Shown here: piece by piece, positions 10,659 through 20,139 of the stretch
Position numbering within the stretch: the first letter of the stretch is position 1
How the letters are laid out: every line of letters begins with the position of its first letter
Source of the DNA: a virus
Taxonomy: Duplodnaviria > Caudoviricetes
Virus record (IMG/VR): IMGVR_UViG_2852304943_000002
Coordinates: 252 to 64,251 of that record
Length of the DNA stretch: 64,000 bases
Strand: one strand, 5' to 3'
Notes under the pieces: generated by a model
Told to the model about the DNA's origin: nothing
Databases searched by the model: none
Seen by the model: the letters and a program-made list of their open reading frames with translations, nothing else
Program-made: the position numbers and the translations under genes

Positions 10659-10997
10659 CTAATTCCAATTAGAGATTTCTTCTTCGATTAAGTCATCTAT
10701 TTCGTCGTTAGTAGCTTCTTCGTTGAGAAACAAACGTGCTTCGGTAATGTACTTCTCTCGGTTCTCGTCAAAGAACTTTGAAAATTCAGGTGACCATCCA
10801 TGGCGTTTACCATCAAAATCAACGTGAGCATTACCCTCTGCCATGTTTAGAATCATCATGTCAGCAGTAATAACGCCACATTCACGACAAAATCCTTTCA
10901 AGTCGCGTTTTCTGAAATAAGGTGAAACCTTAGAATCACAAACACTCTTGAATCGTTGCTTCCATCTCTGAATGCAACGACCGTGTAAACTTTTCAT
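10659..10997 (-). CDS. Phage hypothetical protein
   Basis: 112-aa ORF with AAGGA RBS. Confidence 0.65.
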   Translation of the reverse strand: MKSLHGRCIQRWKQRFKSVCDSKVSPYFRKRDLKGFCRECGVITADMMILNMAEGNAHVDFDGKRHGWSPEFSKFFDENREKYITEARLFLNEEATNDEIDDLIEEEISNWN

Positions 10998-11029
10998 GGT
11001 TATATCCTTTGGTTAAACGGGTAGGGTAG

Positions 11030-11833
11030 TTAGGCTCTTTGGCTAACTTCTTCGAACTCGCCTTCAAATACTGAGGCGTTTTCCTGATCGACATTAGCCT
11101 CTGCTTTTTCATCAAGAATTACCGCCTTCTGCATTTCGATAGAAACAGGCAGGTATTTAAAAAGACGACGGATAACGGTTTTCTTCGCCATTTCTTCCCA
11201 GTGAGAAACCCAAGGCCCATTTTGACCAGCCTTGCTTGATGCTCTGACTTTCTCAATTTGGTTATGCGTCATAACTTCAAACTGGACACCGCCATCTTTC
11301 AGCCTTGCGACAGCGTAAACGTGTGTAATTGGTGAGTCCTCATTTTCACCCGGCACGTGCGTTAAGTTTTCATTCAGTCCATACTCAAAGTGGAAACTAT
11401 CGCCTTGCCTTACCGTTCTGGCTGAAATGCTGATTATTTGATTTGAGCGACGGGCTAGATCAATCATTCCTCGATAACCAATAATTAACTGCACATTTGA
11501 TTGTCCTGACTTGGATTTTCCATTTCCAAACGGGAGCAGGTATGCATGACCAAGTGCGTTACCCGGCTCCAATCCCAATTGTGAACACTGCACAACAGCT
11601 CCGATAAAACTTTGCATATCACAGTTGGCTAATTCTGGTGTTTTTCTGATTTCCGTTGACACTATTCGGATCATTCTATCCGGCGTCATATGACGAGGAA
11701 GTGCGGCTGCTAGCTGAGCTTTCATACTTGGTTTATTGATACACTCAACCAACAACTGATCTTTGGTTTTTTCTTTTACCTTTGTACCTTGTGTTTTTTG
11801 CAAGTCAGCTTGAGCTAATGGTGGGTTACTCAT
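11030..11833 (-). CDS. recT: RecT ssDNA-annealing recombinase
   Basis: QLAAALPRHMTPDRMIRI, GLEPGNALGHAYLLPF, EEMAKKTVIRRLFKYLP. Confidence 0.95.
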   Translation of the reverse strand: MSNPPLAQADLQKTQGTKVKEKTKDQLLVECINKPSMKAQLAAALPRHMTPDRMIRIVSTEIRKTPELANCDMQSFIGAVVQCSQLGLEPGNALGHAYLLPFGNGKSKSGQSNVQLIIGYRGMIDLARRSNQIISISARTVRQGDSFHFEYGLNENLTHVPGENEDSPITHVYAVARLKDGGVQFEVMTHNQIEKVRASSKAGQNGPWVSHWEEMAKKTVIRRLFKYLPVSIEMQKAVILDEKAEANVDQENASVFEGEFEEVSQRA

Positions 11834-12644
11834 CCCTTAATTCCTTAGCCCAGTAGGGCAGTGATAATGTGCGTATGCCTGCCCATTCGTCCGTTTTTAG
11901 GCATTCTGCATACGTTCTTAAATTTTGTTTGTAGGTTGTCCGACCAATATCTTTTGCTTGTTGGTCTAAATTGAAAACTCTAACGGGGTATCTACCGCAG
12001 TCGATAGTCGTGCTTACAACAAGAAAGACAAAGACAGGAGCTTCGCCTGTTAATGATTTATATCCATCTGAATAAAAAGAGTCCTGTACGTGGTAACGAT
12101 ATTCGTACATGGAGCGATCGAATCGCTGAATATCGGCAGAGCTTTTTACATCAATAATCCAGTGGTGCTCTTGAATGAGTTTATCTGGCCTGCAACGACA
12201 AAGAATATCCGTATCTTCATCATTCCAATAAATGCTACTTTCAGCTACTCCGTTAGCTTCTAAGCACCATCTTGCGATAGGGTGCGCCATTGCACTATCT
12301 CTCATGAGCATTAACTTCCTGTTATCGTCATGAGTAATAGGTGTGATACCTTCCTTTTCACACATTTCGAGAAATTCCTTTTCCTCTTGCTTCCCTGCGT
12401 TTGTTCTACGATTTACATCAGGGCCTATCTTGTATCGCTTACTGTATTCATCTGGTTCTAACAAAAGACAATGGATAGCAGTCCCGAAATCCAATGCCTT
12501 TATTTTTTCTTCATCAACAGGAGCTTCCTTGCTCCAAATATATTCGGCTGGCATTTCGCTTATTAAATCCAACTGAGATTTACTGATCCCTAATCCATGG
12601 TGATAGTCCTCATTTGAAATGTCGTAATAGATACCGGGCTTCAT
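11826..12644 (-). CDS. recE: RecE/exonuclease VIII-like PD-(D/E)XK exonuclease (catalytic domain only)
   Basis: GISKSQLD, GTAIH, CRCRPDK, IDVKS, YRYHVQDSFY; coupled to recT. Confidence 0.88.
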   Translation of the reverse strand: MKPGIYYDISNEDYHHGLGISKSQLDLISEMPAEYIWSKEAPVDEEKIKALDFGTAIHCLLLEPDEYSKRYKIGPDVNRRTNAGKQEEKEFLEMCEKEGITPITHDDNRKLMLMRDSAMAHPIARWCLEANGVAESSIYWNDEDTDILCRCRPDKLIQEHHWIIDVKSSADIQRFDRSMYEYRYHVQDSFYSDGYKSLTGEAPVFVFLVVSTTIDCGRYPVRVFNLDQQAKDIGRTTYKQNLRTYAECLKTDEWAGIRTLSLPYWAKELRDE

Positions 12645-12895
12645 CCTAAAACCTCTTTATCTATCCCGATCTGAATAGCTGTTCTAATTCCGGCTAAAAC
12701 CGCATCCAGTGCTTGGGGACTAATTTCAAATACAGGATTTAACTTCCTTGCTAAATCCATGCACAGTAGTTCTTCTGGTAGGCTATCCATAACCTCATCA
12801 ACTGATATTTTCTCTTCCTGAGAATTAACAAACGCTTCTCGTTCCATTTGGCGTTCGCACCAGTCGTTTCTGAGTCCGTAGGTGTTGGTAATCAC
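12641..12895 (-). CDS. Phage hypothetical protein
   Basis: Overlapping stop/start with neighbours. Confidence 0.6.
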   Translation of the reverse strand: MITNTYGLRNDWCERQMEREAFVNSQEEKISVDEVMDSLPEELLCMDLARKLNPVFEISPQALDAVLAGIRTAIQIGIDKEVLG

Positions 12896-13161
12896 GCAAC
12901 CCTCCTTAGCTTAGAAACTCGCAATATCCTGTTAATAAAGACTTCCTTGCCTATCGCATTGATAATCCTTTCAAGCGATTCATCGTCACAATCGAGTACA
13001 TATTCCATTGCCTCAGCTGAGTCTATTTCCGTCAATTTAGCCAACTCAGTGAAACTTCCTGTCTCAATACTGAGTTTGCTACTTTCGTCAAATTCCATGA
13101 CTGTTTTGCCGTCTACTACCCGAGTTCCGTTCGAGTAGCTGTATGAAATTTGCATAATCAC
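12892..13161 (-). CDS. Phage hypothetical protein
   Basis: Overlapping stop/start; GAGG RBS. Confidence 0.6.
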   Translation of the reverse strand: MIMQISYSYSNGTRVVDGKTVMEFDESSKLSIETGSFTELAKLTEIDSAEAMEYVLDCDDESLERIINAIGKEVFINRILRVSKLRRVA

Positions 13162-13162
13162 C

Positions 13163-13318
13163 TCAACTTACAAATGTTGGTATTACGCCAACGGTTGTTA
13201 CAATGACCACAGCTAAACTGAATAACCATGGGCTTGTACGTTTATTTTTACGTGCTTGAGGCGTAGTGATACGCACCACCATGCCGTCACGCATAGCGCT
13301 GTAATAGTTAGTTTTCAT
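13163..13318 (-). CDS. Small 51-aa protein with C-terminal TM segment (not in ORF track)
   Basis: MKTNYYSAMRDG...WLFSLAVVIVTTVGVIPTFVS. Confidence 0.5.
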   Translation of the reverse strand: MKTNYYSAMRDGMVVRITTPQARKNKRTSPWLFSLAVVIVTTVGVIPTFVS

Positions 13319-13406
13319 GGTGACCCCGTTAGATGAGAGATAAGGCGGTTATCTGGTGTTGGCGAAGTGAAGATGTATTAATTTATTTTTAATGATTTGA
13401 ATTTTA

Positions 13407-13634
13407 TTAGTGTGTTTTTTTATTGAGTAATGTATTTATAATCGCTTTTTCAAATGATGATTTAATTGAATTTTCTCCAACTAAATTATCTGAGAAGTTA
13501 TTTAGTAATAATTCTAATTCTGGAGTTTCTTCATGAACGTATATTTTTGTTTTTACTTCAACATGTGGTGATTTAATTCCATGTTCTAAAGTTAATTTTA
13601 CGTTAATAACGACACTGTTTTTTTGTTTCATCAT
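13407..13634 (-). CDS. AT-rich hypothetical protein
   Basis: 75-aa ORF with AAGGA RBS. Confidence 0.5.
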   Translation of the reverse strand: MMKQKNSVVINVKLTLEHGIKSPHVEVKTKIYVHEETPELELLLNNFSDNLVGENSIKSSFEKAIINTLLNKKTH

Positions 13635-13756
13635 TTTTATTTCCTTTTAATGAATATAATTAATTACGAAATGTCTTGTTTATATATCTAAATATAGGGT
13701 GGGTTACTGCTGAACGAGGGATGTCATACTCCCTCCGTTATTAACTAAACACGATG

Positions 13757-14032
13757 CTAATCATCAAGCTTGAGTTTTTGAATTAAGTTACTCACCGCGG
13801 TATCTACTGCTTCCTGATCGATGGTGTCGAATAGCTTGTTGCGTGCTTCTTCCGCTTTATCAAAGCTTTCCTCGTCATCGTCGTCGTAATCTATCCATAA
13901 TCCAAAGTCGACATCGAAAATCTTCTCAGGCCAGCAATACTGTACTCCGACTTTTTGCTCATCTGCGTCATGAGCTTTCTTGATTAGAATCTGACGTCCA
14001 TGTGACTCAAATTCCTTAAACCATATTTCCAT
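13757..14032 (-). CDS. Acidic phage hypothetical protein
   Basis: 91-aa ORF with AGGAG RBS. Confidence 0.65.
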   Translation of the reverse strand: MEIWFKEFESHGRQILIKKAHDADEQKVGVQYCWPEKIFDVDFGLWIDYDDDDEESFDKAEEARNKLFDTIDQEAVDTAVSNLIQKLKLDD

Positions 14033-14199
14033 CTCTATCTCCTATCTATTAATCAACTCACCACAGCCCACCTTGATGGACTGTAATTAGTTAACTGTGC
14101 CCGCTTTTAACCACGTCAGGCGAGGTGGTTTATTACATTCCCCAACGCAAGAAATTTGTGTATAATTCAATCACTCCAAAGTAATGATAGGATTGAATT

Positions 14200-14325
14200 A
14201 TGAGCGATAAAAAATCGTCAAACACTACGACTAAGACGGTGTTTGTTAATGATCATATGCCGTCAAGATTAATTAAAACCCCACCTCCACCACCACCTGC
14301 AAAAACAGGGGATAATGGTAAATAA
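14200..14325 (+). CDS. 41-aa proline-rich peptide (not in ORF track)
   Basis: AGGA RBS; MSDKKSSNTTTKTVFVNDHMPSRLIKTPPPPPPAKTGDNGK. Confidence 0.55.
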   Translation: MSDKKSSNTTTKTVFVNDHMPSRLIKTPPPPPPAKTGDNGK

Positions 14326-14336
14326 TAAGGATATAT

Positions 14337-14786
14337 ATGAGCCGACAAGATGTAATTGCTAGAATTTTATATTCACATTATCTAGAGAAGCTGTACGCAA
14401 CAGCGACTGGACGTATAGATAAGATCATTTCAGTGTTAACTCTTATTTTCGGCTCATCAATTATTTTGAACGGAAACCCGTTTTTGTTTGGTGTTCTTGT
14501 TGTGGTACTTACTGGTATACAGACTGTATTTCAATTCGGTAAAATGTCTGGTAGTGCAAGAAAAAGAGCTTATGATTACCTGCGTTTATACACACAAGAG
14601 TCGAAATATACCGATGAGGACTTACGTTTTCATATGCTGGAGATTGAATTATCTGACAATTCAATTTGGTCATCATTAGAAGAAATAGCTGCAGTGAAAA
14701 CCGAGATTAGATTAGGAACCTCTGATTTTTCCGGGTTAACTAAACTCCGAACAAAACTTAAATTATTACGCTTAATCTGCGGTTAA
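14337..14786 (+). CDS. Two-TM (SLATT-like) membrane protein at the sieB position
   Basis: Two adjacent hydrophobic helices; opposite strand to the pL operon, just downstream of N. Confidence 0.65.
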   Translation: MSRQDVIARILYSHYLEKLYATATGRIDKIISVLTLIFGSSIILNGNPFLFGVLVVVLTGIQTVFQFGKMSGSARKRAYDYLRLYTQESKYTDEDLRFHMLEIELSDNSIWSSLEEIAAVKTEIRLGTSDFSGLTKLRTKLKLLRLICG

Positions 14787-14809
14787 TTTTATAAGCCCAT
14801 TCATGAGCT

Positions 14810-15127
14810 TTATCTCGCCGTCACCCCAAACTCACTGCTCGGCTGTTTTGTTTTAACTCCTGAAAATACTGCTACATTAGGTAAGCAACAGTTATCTACC
14901 GATGGTTGGTATTTAGGTTCAATACTTCTAGTAACTGGTATGTGACTTAATGACAGTGTTTTTTCTACTGATGTAAGTCTTTTCTCCTGAGGAAATACTG
15001 ATTCTAATTTCAACTCAATATTCTTTTTTGCAATAGCTTCTGCTTTCCGTCTGGCGTGACGTCTATTTGCAGATGCTCCACGTAAAAACTCAGGCTTGCG
15101 TGATTTTTTAACTGTAATAGTTGCCAT
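14810..15127 (-). CDS. Antitermination protein N
   Basis: Arg-rich motif SANRRHARRKAE; first gene after nutL. Confidence 0.8.
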   Translation of the reverse strand: MATITVKKSRKPEFLRGASANRRHARRKAEAIAKKNIELKLESVFPQEKRLTSVEKTLSLSHIPVTRSIEPKYQPSVDNCCLPNVAVFSGVKTKQPSSEFGVTAR

Positions 15128-15248
15128 ATATCCTCCAAACAGTTGGCTTTGGTGATTGGCATAGTCATGTGACTAATCATGATCCGCTATGCGAAAGTGG
15201 CTACGTCACGCCATCTTCTACACCAATCCCAAAACCTTCTGAGAAGGT

Positions 15249-15315
15249 TGACGCTTTATCAGCGTCACCGTTCTGATAGCTAATACACAGCTCGCCATCA
15301 TCGTTGTTAAAGAAC
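15249..15315 (-). promoter_or_regulatory. nutL (boxA GTTCTTTAACAA, boxB TGACGCTGATAAAGCGTCA)
   Basis: P22-type boxB hairpin and boxA, matched by nutR. Confidence 0.8.
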
Positions 15316-15343
15316 ATCAACGTGCTGTGTTCCGTTGATGGAT

Positions 15344-15460
15344 AGTATATTCACAAATTGTGATTTTAATGTCAACCACAAAATGTGTTTATTTATTTGT
15401 TTTTAAATTAAGTCGATGATTTGAAATATAAAATAAATGGTAAATAAACACGGAATGTGT
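15344..15460 (-). promoter_or_regulatory. pL/OL region
   Basis: TTGACA at 15375-15370; CAC-N5-GTG operators (cacaaattgtg, cacaaaatgtg, cacggaatgtg) also seen at OR. Confidence 0.7.
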
Positions 15461-15547
15461 TGTTTGTCACATAAGATTGGAATGGAGATCACTTCTTTGG
15501 AGGGGAGAGGGTACAAAAAAGCCCTCGCGGGGAGGGCTGGTACGGAA

Positions 15548-16057
15548 TTACTGTTGTGAAAGAATAAACTGAACCTGAAAATCTCTTAAAAGCTCATTTG
15601 TCCGGATAGTTTTCACATTAAAATAGTCGCATATGTCAGGTATTTTAGGTTTGCATCCATTGTTTTTATCTCTAACCTCGTGAGTAACTACGGTGGCATT
15701 TGTTGTTTTTGCCTTAGCGATAATCCATGGGTCTGCTACTGATAAGAATTTTTGAATGTGTGGTAGGCTATTTTTATGTCTTGGGGCATATTCTTGTTGA
15801 ACATAATTAGCTATAGCTCTAAAGTTCATTTGAGTTTCTTGATCATCAACACTTTGAAAACAATGCATTATACCTTTTGACCAAGTACATATTTCATCGT
15901 CCTGCTTTTGTAATTCATCAAAGACATTTCGAATGCTTATTAATTGTCCGTCCATGAATTTAGACCCCATAAACTCCCAAAATCCAGGGCATAAGTCAAA
16001 GCAGTAATAATCTTGTTGCGCTTGAATAAATATGTTTGCATCAATTAGATAGCTCAA
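15548..16057 (-). CDS. DUF4411-family PIN-domain protein
   Basis: YLIDANIFI, FCPGFW-like segment, ADPWIIAKA, VVTHE, KIPDIC. Confidence 0.85.
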   Translation of the reverse strand: MSYLIDANIFIQAQQDYYCFDLCPGFWEFMGSKFMDGQLISIRNVFDELQKQDDEICTWSKGIMHCFQSVDDQETQMNFRAIANYVQQEYAPRHKNSLPHIQKFLSVADPWIIAKAKTTNATVVTHEVRDKNNGCKPKIPDICDYFNVKTIRTNELLRDFQVQFILSQQ

Positions 16058-17178
16058 AGCCCAAACTCCTTCTGAGCAAATTCATACAGTTTATTAGGTT
16101 GTATTCCTGTTAAGCTCTGAGCTTCTCTTAAAAGCATTTTTCCTTCCAATGCTTGAGTCACAACAGCAACAGTTAGCCTCTCACTACTTCTAACTTTCTG
16201 GTTTCGATTATAATCACCGCCACTAGAGGTGCTTTTCTCATTTATTAAACTTACGTACCGACTATATTCATGTTTGGATATTAGTTTTAAGTCTAAGGCT
16301 CGTCGCACTATCACCCAACTACTTACTCTGAAAATGCTTCTTAGATCATCAATGTTCTCTTCAATAGATAAGGATTCGTTCCATTTTTTTAAGAATATTA
16401 CTTCAGGAGTTAAATACTCTGCCGCAGCTGCATTACAAATCATTTCCTCTTTCTCTCTGGAGTTTATAGATAGATCGGATATAGCGGATTGACCTAAAAC
16501 CAGATGAGCAAGTTCATGAATCAGCGTAAATATTTGAGCTGCCTTTGCATCATTAGTGTTAATGAAGATAACAGGGGCTATCTTATCTGCTATACAGAAC
16601 CCTCTAAAATCATCAACGCTAATCGGTCTTGTATTATTGTTTTTTACAACACCGCTTCTCATCACAAGGATCCCTTGAGATTCTATCTTTTTTACTAATG
16701 CAGAGAAAAAATCCTTCCACTTACCTTTTGTTGGTGGAATTTGAATATCAATATGCTCTTTAATTGTAGCTACAATTTGTTTGGGGTTACTATTAGGAGG
16801 AAGCTTTCCTACCAACTCTACTTCAGGAAGGCCGTTGGACAAGGCGTAGTCTTTGTACCAGTCTTGTTTAATTAACACATCACTAATAGTGTCTTTTAGT
16901 GCTACGCTTATCTCATTATTCCGGCTACCTACCGTTCTTCTATCTGGAATAGGTAGTTTTTCCTCTGGAGGTGTATTTAGGTATAAATAGCCAAATGGTA
17001 TTTTTGTTATATTTGCATACCTTTGAGCTTGGGCAAAAGTAATTGGTTCCTTACCTTCTTCCCAAGCAATTATTGCATCGACAGGCTTTTTGAATTTTTC
17101 AGCAATATAATCCACAGAGAGAGATGCTCGGCATCTCGCCCATGTAAGTATATTATTGTTTATAAATGCCTGAGCCAT
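16054..17178 (-). CDS. XRE-HTH plus ImmA/IrrE-family Zn metallopeptidase
   Basis: N-terminal HTH; FTLIHELAH (HExxH) and E..CN..AAEYL. Confidence 0.88.
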   Translation of the reverse strand: MAQAFINNNILTWARCRASLSVDYIAEKFKKPVDAIIAWEEGKEPITFAQAQRYANITKIPFGYLYLNTPPEEKLPIPDRRTVGSRNNEISVALKDTISDVLIKQDWYKDYALSNGLPEVELVGKLPPNSNPKQIVATIKEHIDIQIPPTKGKWKDFFSALVKKIESQGILVMRSGVVKNNNTRPISVDDFRGFCIADKIAPVIFINTNDAKAAQIFTLIHELAHLVLGQSAISDLSINSREKEEMICNAAAAEYLTPEVIFLKKWNESLSIEENIDDLRSIFRVSSWVIVRRALDLKLISKHEYSRYVSLINEKSTSSGGDYNRNQKVRSSERLTVAVVTQALEGKMLLREAQSLTGIQPNKLYEFAQKEFGL

Positions 17179-17303
17179 TGCATGCCTTGATGTATTATTC
17201 GCTATGTTATTAAGATAAGTATGTGTTTGATTAAATAAAATATCAATTCGGTTATACCTATTATTCCAAGTGCATCACACCAACCACACTCTAAAACGTG
17301 TCG

Positions 17304-17645
17304 TCACCCAAAAAAGCAACCTCGCACATCATCTTCAACGAGCCTAATGGCGTCAGAGAAACTACCTAGCATTATTTCATCGTAGTTGTGCCAGTTACTA
17401 TTTTTATCCATCCAAAGCAGAGACCATGAATTCGAATATCTATTATGTGTGATTTTTGCTATAGGTTCTTCTACTCTGCCATCACTCCATATTAGTTGCC
17501 TAATTTCAAAGATAATTACTGAGTCGTCCTCGATGCGATACTGTAAATCTAATTCATCCCTTAGGTGTTCTGCTGGGCGACGCTTTTCCATGAAAAATTC
17601 CATACACCGTCTAATATTTGCTATCTCAATATTACTAAACGCCAT
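17304..17645 (-). CDS. DUF3024-like protein
   Basis: IFEIR..W, PIAK, WSLLW, C-terminal CFFG; flanked by a 16-bp direct repeat. Confidence 0.7.
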   Translation of the reverse strand: MAFSNIEIANIRRCMEFFMEKRRPAEHLRDELDLQYRIEDDSVIIFEIRQLIWSDGRVEEPIAKITHNRYSNSWSLLWMDKNSNWHNYDEIMLGSFSDAIRLVEDDVRGCFFG

Positions 17646-17653
17646 ATTTCCTC

Positions 17654-18298
17654 CTAAAACGTGTCGTCAGGCCATTGTGATTTGATTACCTTACCTATGA
17701 TTGTGCAATTCCCGTTAATAGGGATCAGATCGAAGCGAGGGTTTAATGGCTCTAGATACTCAATTCCACCATCTCTAATCAATCGTTTGAATGTGAATTC
17801 ATCATTCAGTAAACGCGCGACGCAAAAATCTCCGAACTCAACTTCTTCCTCTGGATCAACCAAGATAAGCATTCCTTCTGGAAAGCTTGGCTTGCCTCCT
17901 GGTGGTGCTGTCATTGATTGACCTTCAACTTCTAACCAGAAAGAACGTTCACTAGCTTTCTTAGCTGTAGGTATCCACGACACAGCATCTTTCTGGGTGT
18001 ATGAGTTAAATTTTGTTGAGAAAGCGCCGGCCTGTACCTTTGTGAATAGAGGGTATTCATAATTTTTGATCACTTGCTCACTTTGACTGCCAAACATTAA
18101 TTCGGCAGGTGATATACCAAGAGCTTCACTTATAACAATCGCATCATCAGCGCTAATCTTGCGCTCTCCAAGCTCATAGTTTCCTATTCTGGACGCAGCA
18201 GAGTAGCCGCACAATTTAGCTAATTGAGCTTGACTTAGCCCTCTTGATTCACGAATGGATTTTAACCTTTCGCCAATAACTTCATTTACTTTTTTCAT
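17654..18298 (-). CDS. cI: CI repressor (HTH plus S24 autopeptidase)
   Basis: HTH, VQAG cleavage site, GQSM Ser and TFKRL Lys. Confidence 0.93.
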   Translation of the reverse strand: MKKVNEVIGERLKSIRESRGLSQAQLAKLCGYSAASRIGNYELGERKISADDAIVISEALGISPAELMFGSQSEQVIKNYEYPLFTKVQAGAFSTKFNSYTQKDAVSWIPTAKKASERSFWLEVEGQSMTAPPGGKPSFPEGMLILVDPEEEVEFGDFCVARLLNDEFTFKRLIRDGGIEYLEPLNPRFDLIPINGNCTIIGKVIKSQWPDDTF

Positions 18299-18309
18299 GT
18301 ATACCTTTT

Positions 18310-18380
18310 AACACAAACCGTGATAAATGTATTTAAACGTTTTGTGGTTGACAGTTAATCACATATTGTGTGTAATATTG
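18310..18380 (+). promoter_or_regulatory. OR/pR region
   Basis: TTGACA, TAATAT and CAC-N5-GTG operators (cacaaaccgtg, cacatattgtg) between divergent cI and cro. Confidence 0.7.
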
Positions 18381-18403
18381 GAATAAACAAGGAGGATACA
18401 CAC

Positions 18404-18613
18404 ATGAACAATATCGCAGAACAGCGAAAAAAACTGGGAATTTCTCAAGCTGTTTTAGCTTCATCAATAGGATGGGGGCAGTCACGAATTGCTAACTATG
18501 AGTTAAACATTAGAACTCCTAGCTTAAATGACTGCCGAGCTATTGTTGAAGCATTACAAAAATTAGGGGCAAATTGTTCTTTAGACGACGTTTTCCCTCC
18601 AAAAGTAGCTTGA
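18404..18613 (+). CDS. cro: Cro-like repressor
   Basis: Small HTH divergent from cI; AGGAGG RBS. Confidence 0.85.
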   Translation: MNNIAEQRKKLGISQAVLASSIGWGQSRIANYELNIRTPSLNDCRAIVEALQKLGANCSLDDVFPPKVA

Positions 18614-18621
18614 TTTCACCA

Positions 18622-18676
18622 CGTTCTTTAACAACCGCAGGGTTCTTGACTGCTACGGAGTCGCTGATAAAGCGAC
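18622..18676 (+). promoter_or_regulatory. nutR (boxA CGTTCTTTAACAA, boxB GTCGCTGATAAAGCGAC)
   Basis: Matches nutL; follows cro. Confidence 0.8.
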
Positions 18677-18758
18677 AACTCTTCCCCCAATATCAACTCA
18701 TACGGAATGAGTCACGGATCATTATTGTCCCTTAGTTAACTCATAAGGACTTTAAACA

Positions 18759-19106
18759 ATGGAATGCGCAAATACACGCAAACAATTCAATCAATTTATC
18801 TCTAACCACCTAATAGCTTCAGCATTACAAGCATTGAGAAATAAAACTCAGTCTGCCGTGGCTAGAACGTTAGGTGTTCATGATTCAACTATCCTACGTC
18901 GAACTGAAAAATATCCTGAAATATGCGAAACGCTTGTCGCATCGGGAATTATTGATTTTGTGATGGAAGGAGAACGAAAAATCTCAGAAGAAGAGTACCG
19001 ATTTTTGTGGAAACAAATGGGTGAACTTTCTCAAATGAAAATAAAAGAAAACGCCTCGATTGCGGCAACAAACGAGGCGTGTTGTTCAATGGAATTCACC
19101 ATTTAA
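18759..19106 (+). CDS. cII: CII-like activator
   Basis: Position between cro and O; QSAVARTLGVHDSTILR HTH. Confidence 0.75.
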   Translation: MECANTRKQFNQFISNHLIASALQALRNKTQSAVARTLGVHDSTILRRTEKYPEICETLVASGIIDFVMEGERKISEEEYRFLWKQMGELSQMKIKENASIAATNEACCSMEFTI

Positions 19107-19111
19107 CGTAC
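19043..19111 (-). ncRNA. oop-like antisense RNA to the cII 3' end, with a LexA box on its promoter
   Basis: Minus promoter TTGTGA-17-TACAGT (19146-19118), SOS box CTGTATCAATATCCAG (19119-19134), minus-strand terminator acgcctcg...cgaggcgt. Confidence 0.7.
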
Positions 19112-19371
19112 AAATACACTGTATCAATATCCAGTTTTTATCACAAGGGGAAACTTCGGTTTCCCTTTTTTGATACAGCTTTGGAATGGAGAAATTATAC
19201 CATGAGACAAAGAATAAATCATGAATTTAATGGCTGTGATGAGCATAAAAACATCATGGAAAATAGGTTGTTACAAGAAATAACCCCACTGGGTTGTCAG
19301 CGTTTAAAGGAAGCATTGAAAGACGCAAAATTAAGGAAAGCACATCGGGATAAGTTATTAGGAGAGCGAAA

Positions 19372-20139
19372 ATGAGTATGCTTCTCATGGCAAAAGCCAT
19401 GCAATTACAGGTGGGGAGTACAGCACAAAAAATGGTGCTACTGAAACTTGCTGATAATGCCAATGATAAAGGTGAGTGTTTTCCTTCTTATGAAACTATT
19501 GCACGTCATTGCGAAATTAGCCGTCAAAGTGCGATAAACCACATTAAAAGTTTATGTAAAAAAGGGTTTGTTCGTAAAGTTACGCGAAAAACTGATAAGG
19601 TGCATACTTCCAATTTATATATTCTGGATTTGGAGGCTAAATCTCTTGATGACGGTAGTCAAAATACAGTACCACCTAGTCAAAATTCTGTACCAGAGGT
19701 AGTCAAAGAATTTGACCACGGTAGTCAAACGGTTGGACTAGGGGGTAGTCAAAAATTTTTACCCAGAACCAGTCAGTCTTTTAACCAGTCAATTAACCTT
19801 AAAAAACTATCGTCTGACGACTCGAAACCTGCAAAGCAGATTTCAATTAATCGACAAGCTAAAATTCCTTATCAGGAAATCATGCAAGCCTTCAACGAAT
19901 CGGTAGGGGATAGATTACCCAATGCCGAATCACTGAATGACAAACGCAAACGAGCAATATCCAAATTCCTGAAAGAGCTCAAAGAACCCACAGTTGAATC
20001 AGCTAAAAATTATTTTGATTATTTTATGGAAACGGCGAGTGCTTGGTATTTTGGCGAAAATAATCGGGGTTGGCGAGCGAATTTTGATTATTTACTCAGA
20101 CCTGAAACGGTACTCAAAACAAGGGAAGGAGCACTGTGA
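19372..20139 (+). CDS. Replication initiator (O-like)
   Basis: N-terminal wHTH (LKLADNANDKGECFPS), internal iterons, C-terminal WRANFDYLL. Confidence 0.88.
   Translation: MSMLLMAKAMQLQVGSTAQKMVLLKLADNANDKGECFPSYETIARHCEISRQSAINHIKSLCKKGFVRKVTRKTDKVHTSNLYILDLEAKSLDDGSQNTVPPSQNSVPEVVKEFDHGSQTVGLGGSQKFLPRTSQSFNQSINLKKLSSDDSKPAKQISINRQAKIPYQEIMQAFNESVGDRLPNAESLNDKRKRAISKFLKELKEPTVESAKNYFDYFMETASAWYFGENNRGWRANFDYLLRPETVLKTREGAL
19654..19764. repeat. Phage replication origin: five ~21-22-bp iterons
   Basis: (G/C)(G/C)TAGTCAAA repeated five times inside the O gene. Confidence 0.8.

Noticed and set aside
19654-19764. CRISPR-like short repeats
   Set aside because: About 21-bp period inside the O gene fits replication iterons; no cas genes
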